Assembly (NCBI GenBank): GCA_964019335.1
Contig: OZ025700.1
Location: forward strand, 372,001 to 436,000
Direction of reading: 5' to 3'
DNA length: 64,000 nucleotides
From: Diplonema japonicum
Lineage: Eukaryota > Protista > Euglenozoa: Diplonemea
Shown: positions 11,894 to 23,487 of the stretch, piece by piece
How the letters are laid out: each line of letters starts with the position of its first letter
Position numbering within the stretch: the first letter of the stretch is position 1
Made by a program: the position numbers and the translations under genes
Notes under the pieces: model-generated
The model's input: the letters and a program-made list of their open reading frames with translations, nothing else
What the model was told of the DNA's origin: nothing
The model's database searches: none

Positions 11894-13060
11894 TTATACA
11901 TTTATACGGGGGCTTCTTCGCCTACCGGTTTTCCTGGCCTTCACCCATCTTCTCCTTGTAACAGGCAATCTCTCTATGCTAGGGAGTTTAAGCGAAGGCG
12001 GAGCAGGGGTACGGACGGCAGCAACCTCCATTTTTCGTACCGCATAAGCACCGAGCTGCCTGACAAAACCTGGATTTGGGTTTGCAGGGGGGTGGGCAGC
12101 CTTCACCATAGAGAGTGCTTCAGAAGAAGAAGTATTTTTTGTACCGATGAGAAATGCTGTACAAACAGTAGCAGAACGGGAAACCCCTGCAAAGCAATGA
12201 ACAAGGACCCTCCCACCAGTTGTTAATACTTTCACGATGAACGCAAGGGTCGAGTCGAAATATTTTTGTATGTTGTCCTCTTCTGTGTCGCCGACTTCTA
12301 CACAGAGCTGTTCCACACCATCTGGAATTTGAACATCTAAATTTTTCCCGCAGGTCAACACGTGTGTGATTCCCTTTGTCCTGTAAATTTCAGGGTTCTG
12401 AGCCGATCGTAGACTTCCTAAAAAAACATTCTCGACAACCTCGTTGGGCCATATATTGTTCCACACGACGTTTATGTTAGGAAGCTCCTTTGACATTTTT
12501 CTCCATCCCGCTTTCAAGTTTTCACTGTTATCCAGATATATCGTGAGGCTTGGAAATTTTTCGAAAAACTCTTTTGACGGTAATGATGTAATGCCTGGAT
12601 TGCTCATTACAGATAGAACCTCCAATTGAGGCAGATCCGACAGAATAGTGGGAATGGAAGTAAGATAATTGAAATCCAATTGCAGTACTTTCAGTTTGGT
12701 GAGGTGTTCTATCTCCTCCGGAAGCGTAACGATCAGATTCCCGTTCGCCTTCAGGACCTCGATCTTTGACCAGAACACAATTTCGCACGGTATTTCAGCC
12801 AGCCTGTTTCTTGAGATTTCAGCCTGCACCAAGTTCCTCAATTTGAACAGGCTGGCTGGTATGTCGTTCAACAGGTTGTCCCCCACATCTAGACGCGATA
12901 CCCTCTCGGCTACGGCTTCACACACGCAAGGCTGGCAACTCCTTTTTTCCTTTAACAAATTACTAAGATCTAGTGTGGCACCACAATTTTCTACAATATC
13001 TTCCAAACAACACCCTGTTTCCCTTACAGCTTCTGCTTCCGACATAAGTTTTTTTTTCAT
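11894..13060 (-). CDS. Leucine-rich-repeat dual-specificity phosphatase (LRR-DSP)
   Basis: About 5 LxxLxLxxNxL repeats followed by a DSP domain with VLVHCFAGVSRSAT and NPNPGFVRQL. Confidence 0.92.
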   Translation of the reverse strand: MKKKLMSEAEAVRETGCCLEDIVENCGATLDLSNLLKEKRSCQPCVCEAVAERVSRLDVGDNLLNDIPASLFKLRNLVQAEISRNRLAEIPCEIVFWSKIEVLKANGNLIVTLPEEIEHLTKLKVLQLDFNYLTSIPTILSDLPQLEVLSVMSNPGITSLPSKEFFEKFPSLTIYLDNSENLKAGWRKMSKELPNINVVWNNIWPNEVVENVFLGSLRSAQNPEIYRTKGITHVLTCGKNLDVQIPDGVEQLCVEVGDTEEDNIQKYFDSTLAFIVKVLTTGGRVLVHCFAGVSRSATVCTAFLIGTKNTSSSEALSMVKAAHPPANPNPGFVRQLGAYAVRKMEVAAVRTPAPPSLKLPSIERLPVTRRRWVKARKTGRRRSPRINV

Positions 13061-13576
13061 TTTTATTGTCGGGTAGGGGTGTGGGTGGGGGGGGGGGGGG
13101 GGCTTTCTTTTTTTTCTTTTTTTTCGGACCAGTAAAAAAAAAAGAAAGAAAAAAAAAAAGTATGGGAGGGGGTTAAAGGGATATGGGTGTTGTTAAAAAA
13201 AAGGGGGAAAGGAGGGAGAGCGTCTTTGAAGGGAACCCTGCAGTTTGCGACAGGGTCGCCTTACGGCAACCACTTCATCTAGAAAAAAGGGAAAAAAAAA
13301 GGAAAGATGAAGTCGATCGATATGTGTGTGGTTTTTTTATTCTTCTTCTCCCAATCTCACTTCTTTACCGTGTAGTACCAATTAAGAGAATAGCAGCAAA
13401 ACTCTGGTTTATCTCTTTTTTTTTTTGCATCTTTTTGTAAAAAAAAAGGGGGGGTAAGGGGTAGAGGGTAAGCATCAAAAAAAAACATTATTTCTTAATT
13501 ATTTTTTTTTCTCCTTTCTTAATAAAACATGGGAAGAGGGAAAAAAAAAAAAAAAAAAAACCGGGAGGAAAAGTGG

Positions 13577-13611
<35 letters not shown>

Positions 13612-13657
13612 CGCTATTATTATTATTTTTTTTTTTTTTTTTTTTTTGTATTTTTTT

Positions 13658-14398
13658 TTATGGAGCCGAAGTGGCTGACTTAACAATGCAAGGCATCAAC
13701 AATGTGTTATGCTGGTAGTAAGCACACTCCTTGGGTGGGGAGAGAGGTCCGAAAATCTCGTTCGACTTTATCTCAGATTCTTCAAATCCACATTCAAGCA
13801 GGTAGGGCTTCTGCGTCTTGTCAAACAACGCCTTCCAGCTCTCCTCATCAGAAACCCCCTCTTTCGTGAACTCCGGGCGTAAAACACCGAGAGATGTCAG
13901 GTTACAATAAGTTAACACCCCACCAGGCTTCAAAATATCACGAGCATACTTGATAAATTCAAACTGGTGGATGTGCTGGGATTCCTTGTTGTTTGGGTAT
14001 GTGTCATAGTAGATCCCGTCGAATTCGTTATGTGGAAGTGTTTCGACAACGTCTTGCCATAATCCGAATAGCGGGGTCACTTTGTGCTTTTGCTTTGCAG
14101 CCCATGCTTCCAGCCTTTTGAACACGGCTTCAGACGCTTCGATAATGACGTGTTCGTCGATGTCGTTGCCCTGTATCGCGGTGGCGGAGAGGGCCATCCC
14201 GAACCCGACCTCGAGTATTTTTCCTCCTTTTTGACACGCGATTTTCGCGATTGCGTTTTGGTACGGCTTCTCCCACCCCTCCATGACAGGATGCCCATCA
14301 ATGTACACATGGTCTTCAGCTATGTCCGCGTCCATCTTCGCCCATCCAGCAGGCTTGTCACCGTCCTTCAGGCCATGGTACCCATGCTCGGTAGACAT
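13658..14398 (-). CDS. GAMT: Guanidinoacetate N-methyltransferase
   Basis: PVMEGWEKPY, ILEVGFGMA, IDEHVIIE, GLWQDV, FDGIYYDTYP, HQFEFIK and LKPGGVLTYCNLTS closely track animal GAMT. Confidence 0.93.
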   Translation of the reverse strand: MSTEHGYHGLKDGDKPAGWAKMDADIAEDHVYIDGHPVMEGWEKPYQNAIAKIACQKGGKILEVGFGMALSATAIQGNDIDEHVIIEASEAVFKRLEAWAAKQKHKVTPLFGLWQDVVETLPHNEFDGIYYDTYPNNKESQHIHQFEFIKYARDILKPGGVLTYCNLTSLGVLRPEFTKEGVSDEESWKALFDKTQKPYLLECGFEESEIKSNEIFGPLSPPKECAYYQHNTLLMPCIVKSATSAP

Positions 14399-14551
14399 TT
14401 TTTTTGTGTTTTTTTTGTGTAAAAAAAAAAAAAGGGTCTCTTGATTTTTTTTTTAAAATATTTTTTTTCGAAAACGGGGGGGGGGAGAAAAAAAAGGAAA
14501 GAAGGCAAACATAACTGAATGGGGGGAAAAAAAAAAGAGAGAAAAAAAAAA

Positions 14552-15817
14552 TCACGACCCGATTGGAATGTTCTGCAATGAAGTTCCGGGTGAAAACGTC
14601 TGCGAAGAGAACCTTCCGGACAACCTGTTGTTGCTGTTGAACTCGCGCCCGTCTCTTGATGCCGCGGGCATCGCGGACGACCTAATCTTCGTATAAAAAC
14701 GTTGCTGAGCCGTATCCGGGTGCTGGCTTTTGTATAAGTACTTGTACCGCACGGAAGGAAAGAAAATCGCGATAACGATGACGGTGGCTATGGTGCTGCT
14801 TCCGAAGAATATCCCGACAATGAAGAAGGACCACCCGAAGAACCCGAGAAGATCCCCATTGAAGGCGTACGTCCCGGCATTCTGCCGCGTAAAGTACAGC
14901 GTACCATTCGAGGCCGCTTCGGCAAAAAGTTTTGGATCCGAAACAGACCGCAATGTGATGGACACTTCTGACAAGTTCGCTGTCCAGTTCCGGCTGGACG
15001 GGAGGTTTGAAGGGGACAACGCTGCATTCCCTATACTCTTGTTGACAGAAATTTCTTTTTCCAAACTCGCGGAAATATCCCGCCCATCGACCAAAGTGTA
15101 AGTCCCGTACGCCCAATCACCGATTTGTACCCCACATCCTTGATATTTCTGATGCTGTGGTCGACACCCAGCGTCCGATGTTATCTGGTAAGGGCTCACA
15201 GCCCATTTCCCACTTGCTGTCTGGTTCACTGTGATACAAATATTGTCCAGAACATATACGTGAACACAGTAAGAATAGGTAATCTGGTTGACCTCTCTCC
15301 AAAATAATCCCAATGCATCACCGCATGCTTTAGGGTCTCGAATGGTAGTCCACTTGTAGGCGAAGATTGGTATTGAACGGGGTTGGGTTACAAAAGATCC
15401 GTTCTTCTGTTCTGACAGGTGTAGTGTGACGACGGGGCAGGTTCTGCTGCATTCAAACCTTGCTGCGCGTGGGAGGATGCCTTTTCCCGGAGGGGTTTGG
15501 TAGAATAGAGATGTGTATGCGTTGTACTCCTTGGCAGGGGGGTATCCTTCTTCGTTCGTTGAAGCGAACAGTGGAGTGCACCGCCTCCCTAAGCACGCTG
15601 TGAACTGTTGGTTCATGAACCCTATCATGCCGCCCTCGTCCCAACTAGTCACTGCATCGTTGTACTGTTGCAGCAAGTCTGTGGGTGTGAACGCGTAGAT
15701 TCCCACAGCGGATATCGCGATCAACACCACGGCCACTAACATCACACATCCTAAAAGCAACCCCAACGGTTGGCACCCTGAGAACGGCCGACAAAAAGCA
15801 TATTTCCGGCGACCCAT
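14552..15817 (-). CDS. Two-TM membrane protein with large Cys-containing ectodomain; homolog of 32221..33285
   Basis: N- and C-terminal hydrophobic helices; YNDAVTSW, NICITV and RSVSDPKLFAEAASNGTLYF. Confidence 0.85.
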   Translation of the reverse strand: MGRRKYAFCRPFSGCQPLGLLLGCVMLVAVVLIAISAVGIYAFTPTDLLQQYNDAVTSWDEGGMIGFMNQQFTACLGRRCTPLFASTNEEGYPPAKEYNAYTSLFYQTPPGKGILPRAARFECSRTCPVVTLHLSEQKNGSFVTQPRSIPIFAYKWTTIRDPKACGDALGLFWREVNQITYSYCVHVYVLDNICITVNQTASGKWAVSPYQITSDAGCRPQHQKYQGCGVQIGDWAYGTYTLVDGRDISASLEKEISVNKSIGNAALSPSNLPSSRNWTANLSEVSITLRSVSDPKLFAEAASNGTLYFTRQNAGTYAFNGDLLGFFGWSFFIVGIFFGSSTIATVIVIAIFFPSVRYKYLYKSQHPDTAQQRFYTKIRSSAMPAASRDGREFNSNNRLSGRFSSQTFSPGTSLQNIPIGS

Positions 15818-15886
15818 GTCTCTCCCCCTCCCCTTTTTGTGAATTATTTTTTTTTGAAAAAAAGAAAAAAAAATTTTTTTTTTTCG

Positions 15887-17011
15887 TCATGACGATAATT
15901 TTTTTATCGTCTCCGCCATTTGTTTCGGCAGCTCCATTTTGTTCCGGTTGTACAGATCAAAGAGGGTTGTCAACATTTGTTTCCGTGTTCCGGGGCCGGT
16001 GTCGGAAGAGTAATAAATACTTGTTGCGTCATCAACAAGGTCCAGCTTCGCGTGGATCTTCAATAAAAGCAAAGCCGAACGGTCGGTGTAAAGCCCGGAA
16101 GCCCGCGAGGTGTCAGCTAAACGCAAGGAAAAACGGTGGTACGCATCTGACGGCCCTGTAACGAGGGATAGACAACAGGACAGCAAAGAGTTGTACGTGA
16201 AATGGTCGTAGGGGACTGTGATGTGATCGACGACTTTCAAGGCACGATGAACTTCCCGGCGATCTCGGAAAACAGAAATCAACGTGTTGAAGGTGGAAAT
16301 ATTGGGTTCTGCGTCCAGCAGCGTCATCTTGTTGAACAGCGCCCAAGGTTCAGCGGTCTCTTCCAAACATCCTTTCAACGACGTGTTCATCACCTCTGTG
16401 GTCGGCCGTAGGTTTTCGTAAATCATGCGTTCGAGCAATTCGTTTCGCTTCATCCTGTTTCGAGCGGCGCCCAACAGAATCCCGTATGTGAATATATTCC
16501 TCGAGACGTTATCGCGGTCCATCGCCCTTGCTATTTCTTCACATGATGTTAGTTTTGAATTTAAATGGTGCACGTGGATTAGCGTATTGTAGTGTTTGGT
16601 GTCCGGTTTTATACCTTCCTGTCGCATCTCCTTCCAAACTTGAATCGATGAGTCCAGTGTGCCAGGTTGCGAGGCGAGCGCTGATAAAATTGTTGAGTAC
16701 GTCACGGGAGTTGGTTTTGTGTTTGAATCCAGCATTTTTTTCCACAGGGCGAAGGCGTGGTCGGGAGCGCTCAGTCTTCCCATCACTGCGATGCCTGCGG
16801 TGTACGTTTTCTCGCCGATGATGCTGCCTCCGGAGCGCAGTTCTTCGATTTTGAAATAAACCTCCCGGATCTTTTCCCGCTTGGCTTTTCTGGTCACCCC
16901 GCGCCCTTGAGTGCATATTCTTTTGATTTCCCCTGCGGCCATCGTGTCGTTCATTGCCCGTCGGACCCTTCGCTTGCCGCCATCGAAGACTGTCCCATAT
17001 CTCGCTGTCAT
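15887..17011 (-). CDS. Pentatricopeptide repeat protein
   Basis: 35-aa repeats: KPTPVTYSTILSALA, KPDTKHYNTLIHVH, EPNISTFNTLISVF, DHFTYNSLLSCC. Confidence 0.9.
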   Translation of the reverse strand: MTARYGTVFDGGKRRVRRAMNDTMAAGEIKRICTQGRGVTRKAKREKIREVYFKIEELRSGGSIIGEKTYTAGIAVMGRLSAPDHAFALWKKMLDSNTKPTPVTYSTILSALASQPGTLDSSIQVWKEMRQEGIKPDTKHYNTLIHVHHLNSKLTSCEEIARAMDRDNVSRNIFTYGILLGAARNRMKRNELLERMIYENLRPTTEVMNTSLKGCLEETAEPWALFNKMTLLDAEPNISTFNTLISVFRDRREVHRALKVVDHITVPYDHFTYNSLLSCCLSLVTGPSDAYHRFSLRLADTSRASGLYTDRSALLLLKIHAKLDLVDDATSIYYSSDTGPGTRKQMLTTLFDLYNRNKMELPKQMAETIKKLSS

Positions 17012-17130
17012 TTATTCCATTTTTTTTTCTTGTTATGAATGCCGATGGAAGAAATGGGGGGGGATTCGCACGAACCGAAGAAGGAACACTTTTTTTTTTT
17101 TTAAAAAAAAAAGAAAACTTAATCGGGTTT

Positions 17131-17251
17131 TAAAACCCGTACTTTTTTTTTTTTTTTTTTTTCTGTTACTCGGTCCAGTCAGGCGGACACATGGTGGCCA
17201 TCTATGGACCACTTTACGGTGATTAAATTGCTGGATAGACACAATTTCAAT
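17131..17251 (-). pseudogene. Decayed tandem copy of the 3' part of the ADAL gene
   Basis: 17172-17251 aligns to CDS 17552-17630 with about 8 substitutions, 1 indel and an in-frame TGA. AAAACCCGTACTTT (the KYGF end of ADAL) is repeated at 17132-17145. Confidence 0.85.
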
Positions 17252-17342
17252 CAGGAAGGAGATCCCGGCGCTCCAAATGTTGTGCGCACGAGTTATAGGA
17301 GAAACACTTTTTTTTTTTTTTTAAATTTCTTTTTTTTCTTCT

Positions 17343-18335
17343 TCAAAACCCGTACTTTGCTCCGAACGCATCGAAACCTTTCTTCAGAACCCTCTTCTCC
17401 TCGTCGGGTAGAAAGGCTTGATCCATCGAACTCTTTGAAATATCAAACAGCGCTTTGTCCGGGATGTGGTCAAGAGTTTGAAGCAGCTCGAATTCACTTG
17501 TATGCGTTATGTCGAAGATTCCACGGTCATCACAGTTTATAGAAATGGGGTGGTCCAGCCAAGAAGACACATGGTGGTCATCTATGGACCACTTTGCTGT
17601 GATTAAATTGCTGGATAAACACATTTCAATGGGGAGCTTAGCGTCCCGCACCCGTTTCTCCGCGGCGGGGTCTGTGTAGATAAAATGTCCAACTCTGTCA
17701 GGGGCGAAGTCAAGCATTTGGTGCAGCTCCTTGGGATCTTCCTTCTCACCGGCATGCAGGGTAACAGGGAGGCCATTATTTCTCGCATACTCAAGGAACG
17801 GTGTGAAATCCGTGAAATTATTTTTGTAACAGTTTCCTGAAAAGTCCACTCCCACAACACCGCGTGACTTGTACTCGACAGCTTTCTTAACATTTGTTTC
17901 CGCCTTGTCTGTGTCATTACCCCTGTTGATTGAGACAAGGATTTTCGTGACCATTTTCTTGTCGGCTGGCAAGGATTCGGTCGCGGATTCTACCGCTGAA
18001 AGAACTGTTTCTAAATACTCTGTTTCGGTTTTCCCGTCTAGAGCCTTCAAGGAGGTGCGTAGCTCCAGATACTTTGTGTTTTCCATTGCATAGTCGTGCA
18101 CTACCTCTTTGGTTATTCTCTCGATGGCTTTGAGGTTGTCGGTTACTTTGTAAACAGCGTCGAAGAGCTTGAAACACTTCTGCATTCTGTCCTCTGCGCC
18201 GCCTTGTTCTTCGCCGGTTGTTACGAATTTCAGCTCGTCCAACCCCTTCTCTCTCATTAGCTCTCGCAAGGTCGCCTCCCGCACTGACCCCCCGAGGTGG
18301 GCATGCAGTTCGACCTTTGGCATTTCTCGAAGCAT
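17343..18335 (-). CDS. ADAL: Adenosine deaminase-like protein (ADAL/MAPDA type)
   Basis: PKVELHAHLGGS, YLELR, LHAGE, RVGH, IEMCLSSN and NCDDRGIF. Likely start is MLREMPK after an A-run. Confidence 0.88.
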   Translation of the reverse strand: MLREMPKVELHAHLGGSVREATLRELMREKGLDELKFVTTGEEQGGAEDRMQKCFKLFDAVYKVTDNLKAIERITKEVVHDYAMENTKYLELRTSLKALDGKTETEYLETVLSAVESATESLPADKKMVTKILVSINRGNDTDKAETNVKKAVEYKSRGVVGVDFSGNCYKNNFTDFTPFLEYARNNGLPVTLHAGEKEDPKELHQMLDFAPDRVGHFIYTDPAAEKRVRDAKLPIEMCLSSNLITAKWSIDDHHVSSWLDHPISINCDDRGIFDITHTSEFELLQTLDHIPDKALFDISKSSMDQAFLPDEEKRVLKKGFDAFGAKYGF

Positions 18336-18423
18336 TTTTTTTTTCTTTTTTTCTTTTTTTTTTTTTCCCTTTTCGGACCAAAAAAATACCCAATGTAGCA
18401 TAGGTGCGGAGGGAATTGGAAAG

Positions 18424-18461
<38 letters not shown>

Positions 18462-19363
18462 CATTTAAAAAAAAGGTACGAAGGATAAGAATGTTTTTTT
18501 TCTTTCTTTCTTTCTTTTTTGTTTTTGTTTTGTTTCGAAGTATGGGGACGGTGAATGGAAGGATGAAGGAAAAGAAAAAAAAAAAGAAAAGAAAAAAAAA
18601 AAGAAAGACGGAACTACAGTGGTTTCAGCGAATACAGATATTTGGCAACGGTGAAACACACAAAAAAAAAAGAAGAGAGAAAAAAAAATCTTAAAAGGAA
18701 AAAAAATGGGGGGGGAGGCTACACACGGTAACTTGCCGTGAGGAAGGCTGCCTTTTTTATTTTATTTTTTTTTCTTAGATCCCTCCACCTAAACCCCCCC
18801 TCCCCCCCCAGTATTAAGAAATACATCAGTCTTCACGGCAGGATTCTTTGTTTAGAACAGAAAAGAGAGAGAAGAAGAGACATCATGTCCTTTCTAAGAA
18901 AAAGAAATATAAACAATACAGAAAACGGAGTCTGTAAAGAAGTTTTTTTTTTCTCTATCCGTCCCTCCTTTTTTTGGGGGGGGTTTTTTTTAATGGGATC
19001 ACCTTTCGTTTGTTGACAAGCACCTTATTTTGCAAATAGGAATTCGTCGCTGGGGTGAGGGTGGGGGGGGGGGGGGGGGTTTGTTTAAAGAGACAACCAA
19101 AACTAGTTGCTGGCAACACAATGAGTGTTTACTAAATGACACTCGTGCGCACAACGACAAAGGAGACATCAAAACTAATTTCTTTTTTTTAAAAGAAGAA
19201 AAAACGGATCCTTTTTTTTTTTTCTTTTTTACGACAAGATCCGGTAAAGGGAACCCTCAGAAAAAGATAAAAAAAAAAAAGAAGAAAAACCCGTTTCTCC
19301 CTTGTCAGATAAGCAACGGATTTTCCCCACTCGGTTTTTTTTTTTTTTTAAAAAAAAAAGAGG

Positions 19364-19400
<37 letters not shown>

Positions 19401-19818
19401 TTTACTCCAACAACACGTAACGACTTTACCTGTTGCCTCGTTGTACCATCGGGCTCGCGTAGAGTGGTGAAAATGCGGAATCGAGAGGCACGGTAATGTC
19501 ATTCCTTAGCGGTAGGTAAGTGGTTTTATTTCACGACACTCTGAAATTACTTGCACTTGCAGGCTTCACATTTACATGCCAAAAAAAAGTAGGTGCACAA
19601 AGAACAGAGGGCTTTCACCGTGAAGTAACGAGTATCGATTAGTCATAAAAAAGTTTTTTTTTTCTTTTACTTTTTTAACTGAAAACCAAAGAAAATATTT
19701 CACCCCGGGAAAAAAAAAGGGGGGGGGAAGGGGGGGGGGAATGACTACTTAAAAAGACCAGAGGGAAAAAAAAAAGTTTTTTTTTCCCTCTCCTGGTGAT
19801 TCGATTTCTTAGTTTACA

Positions 19819-19865
<47 letters not shown>

Positions 19866-20716
19866 GTGAAGAAGAAAAAAAAAAAAGAGGAACTGGCCGT
19901 TGTTTGTACGTGCCGGGTAAAACCTGGAGAAGTTTGTCAACCCGAAACACGTTGTCAACGTTCCCCTTTTGTTTAGACAAGTCAAAGACTCGTTCTTGCA
20001 AAAAAAAAAGGTGCTTGGGGGAAAATATTTTTAGTGTCGCTTTGCAAAACACACAAGAACGGAAGAAGAAGAATAAGAACATCTGTCGAGAGAGGAAGCA
20101 AAGAAGAAAAAAAAATAATAAATAAATAAATACACGCAATAGTCTTCGTTCTCTCTTTCTCTATCTCTCCACCTTTCTTTCTTTTTCTTTTTTTTTTTTC
20201 TTTCCCCCTCTCCTAAAACCCTTGTTGCAACCGAATAACAATGATTAAAAAAAAAAAAAAAAATACGTTTTTCTTTTTTCCTTTTCTTTTTCCTTTCGCA
20301 AATCCGACCAGATAAAGGAAACACGGACGAGGGACTAAGCGGGGAGAAGAAAAAAAAAGAAGAAGAAAACTTTTCTTTTCCCCTCTTTTATACTCCATGG
20401 AGCCCTCAAATCTACGAACATCTGGAGGGCAATGAAACATGAAATGAAAAAAAATATATATATAAAACCCCATGACCTTCTCTAAAACCTGTTAAGAGGC
20501 GTCCTCTGATGTTTTTGATCATTTTAAACTGGAAGTATAGTATTTTTTTTTTTTTCTTCTTTTTTTTCCTCGGAAAAACATTCTCAGCCGATTTTGGACG
20601 GTTTTATAGATATAGTGTGGGGGAACTCCGATGCACGCGCCTATGAAAAGAAAAAAAAAAGAAGTGGAAAGAGACAAAAAAAAGGCGAAGGGGAGGACGG
20701 AAGGGTGCACGCATTG

Positions 20717-20747
<31 letters not shown>

Positions 20748-21046
20748 CCGAGAATAGAATAGAGAAAGGTCGGGTGCACCAAACCTTGTGAGTGCTTTTT
20801 TTTTTTTTTTTTCTCTTTTTTTTTCTCCTTCTTCTTCCTGTACCCTGTTTGATATTACAAAGTTAGTATTCCCGAAACACGTTTTCACAGTTCTTTTTTT
20901 TTTTTGTTCTCTTTGTAACTTTGAGGGACGCGCTTTGACAAAGATGGTTTTTCTTTTTTCTTCTTTAGGAGAGGGGACGGGGGGAGAATAAGAAGCATTT
21001 CTTTTGTTTTCCTTTCAATTTATTTTTGTCCCCCCCCCCATTTCAT

Positions 21047-23004
21047 TCAGTAACCAATATGGAACAGCTGATCCTCATAACCAGACCTTTTTTTTTTTTT
21101 TTTTTTTTTTTTTTAGATTTCAAAAAAAGAAATTCCCCTCCTGTTTTACATACTCATTGGGAACCACATCGGACCATATAATCCCATTGGTGTCCTGCAC
21201 AGCAGTGCCCTTGGGCGCTGGTACTTTGTCCACAGATTTTAACGGCTGTTGCTGCTGCTGCTGCTGCTGGGGAGGCACAGGCACCATCCCTGGAACAATG
21301 GCTGGGACACTTATGGGTGTCGCCACTACCGGCTGAACAGGGGCAGGGGCCACAAAGGAACGTGGACCCATCACATGCTGATGCTGCTGCTGAGGTTGCG
21401 GAAGATGCGGAAGAACAGGGGCTGTATTTATATTACCTCTATTTTTTTTCTCCCCCCTTTCCCATACGTTGCTGAGCCTGTGGAGGGTAAGGATAGAACG
21501 GCCTTGCATTGACATTCATTTGCAAACTATTTGTATTTATATTTCCCCCTTCCCACGCATACAAAGAGGCCTGGTCCTGCCCAGCAGGTATCCTTGTTAC
21601 GAACAACGTGCAACCGTTTTCAATACCAGCGTCCTTGCAGGATTTTGCAGGGTCGTTGAGCAGATCCCCCGCTTTGGTTGTGAGCATCTGCTGCTCATGT
21701 GGGATGCTGAGGTGAATGGCTATCTTCTCCTTCACCTTTGCGATTTTCACCTTCGCCCAGTTCCCCTGCAGCGCAACGTAGGAGAAATTTTCAGTGTTGT
21801 AAACTATAATATTACCCGCTTCGCCGGTACCGGAGTTGCTTTCATCATGGACGAACAAGCGGGTATGCCACGGCTGCTGTGACAACTCACAACCCTGGAT
21901 TTTACACGTGTGTCGAAACTGGCTGTGATGAAAGGGGTCGTTAATACAATCACACAGCCGATCCAAAGGACACATCGGCAGAGGATCCGCAGGAGAATGC
22001 TGCCATTGCATAGCCGGCTGCCCCGTTACAGGTAACGGTAAAGGCACCACCGGCGGACGCTGTTGTTGCGTATTAGGTGCTGGGGGCGACGTGCTCGGCG
22101 AATCCTGCTTCCCTTGAGGAGACGCCATCGATGAAGAAGCTGGGCTTCCGGTAACAACTTGCGGGGGCACCGAAGCTTGCTTCCACAATGGATTTGCCGT
22201 AGAAAGCGGGGCAACATTCTTCACAGATTGTTTCTGAGGTGGTACCGGAACGACTGTCTTCTTGACATTCTTAACATTCACCTTTACGGGTATGACAGGT
22301 GGAACGACTTCTATCTTCGTAGTTGGTTGTCTGACAAGGCTGACAGGTTTAACGTGTGGTCTTGAGGCTGACATTATAAGTATTGAACCTGATACGGCAG
22401 CGGTGAGCGATGCGTTTAAAGTGTCGAGTTGCTTCTTCTTGGCAAGCTTGGCAAGCTTTGCAAGCTCTTGTTCTTTTTTGATTTGTTTCTCGGCGTCTTT
22501 TCTGTCACGTTCCTCACATTTTTTCCTCGCGAGCTCTTCCTTCTTCTCCTTTTCTCTTCGATCCTTCTCTTTTTTTTCTTTTTCGTCTCGTTCTTTTTTC
22601 TCCCGCGTTTTTCTTTCCTTCTCGGCGTCTCGTTTTTCTTTGGCAGCTTTGGCACGCTGGCGATCTTCCTCTGACTGTTGCTTGATGGCAGCCAAATCCT
22701 TCGTTACTGGTGGTGGAGTATGGGCTTTTTCAACTACATTTTTCTGCCTTTTGATGAGCTTGGTAGGTGGTTGAGTAGTTTTCTGTGCGGGTGGTGAGCT
22801 TGCTGCTAGTGGTGGTGGTGTCGCGGGTGCTTCCGAAGCTGGTTTCTTCGATTGATAGTGCTGTTGCTGCTTCCCTTTCTTCCTGGCTTGCTTCTTTTTG
22901 TTCAAAAACAAAATCGCCCCGAACACCGCGAACAGCAGCAACACGACATACAAGGACTGTTCTGTGTTCCCAGTTGCTTTTTGCACAGACCCTGAGGCCT
23001 TCAT
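21047..23004 (-). CDS. N-terminally anchored protein with charged coil, Cys/His cluster and ubiquitin-like domain; join(23004..21468,21421..21154,21086..21047)
   Basis: TM LYVVLLLFAVFGAILFL; CPLDRLCDCINDPFHHSQFRHTC; Ubl KIAKVKEKIAIHLSIPHEQQML...LNDPAKSCKDAGIENGCTLFV. Intron 1 restores the frame; the last exon is less certain. Confidence 0.8.
21087..21153 (-). other. Probable intron, 67 nt, with poly(A) running directly into the AG
   Basis: GTATGT...AAAAAG; gives PNE-SGYEDQLFHIGY*. Confidence 0.6.
21422..21467 (-). other. Intron, 46 nt, purine-rich
   Basis: GTATGG...AATACAG; joins ORF 21439..23004 to ORF 21120..21515 in frame. Confidence 0.88.
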
Positions 23005-23487
23005 TCGCGCTTTTTCCTTTTTTTTTTCTTCTTTTTAAATCGCCTTCACCGACGACCTCCCACCCCCGTCCCTCCTTTTTTTAAAAAGTGTTTTGGGTAA
23101 ACTATTAATTCAAGGGGTAAAGGGGGGGGAGAAGAAAGGGGGGGATAAAGTAAAAGATTGATCACCCGCAACATTTGTGTAAGAAAAAAGGGAAGAAAAA
23201 AAAAACCAAATGCGGGTGTACAAAGATACGGAATAAAAATAAAATAAAATAAAAAGCAGGGTCCCCTGCCCCTCGTAGGGAGGGGGGTGCTGAGGGAAAA
23301 AAAAAAAAAAAAGATGATAATAAAGGGTCAGAGTAATGGGAAATAGTCAAAAGAAAAAAAAAAAAAGAAACAACACTGAACACGAAGAAGAATAATTTGG
23401 GTTTTTTTTTATTTTTATATTTTATTTTTTTTCATTAAGAGGCAATGGATTTCCCTTCTTTTTTTTTTTTTTTTTTTTTTTTTTTGT

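Noticed and set aside
19505-19522. U1 snRNA (ACTTACCT on the minus strand)
   Set aside because: No U1-70K loop or recognisable U1 cloverleaf follows it.
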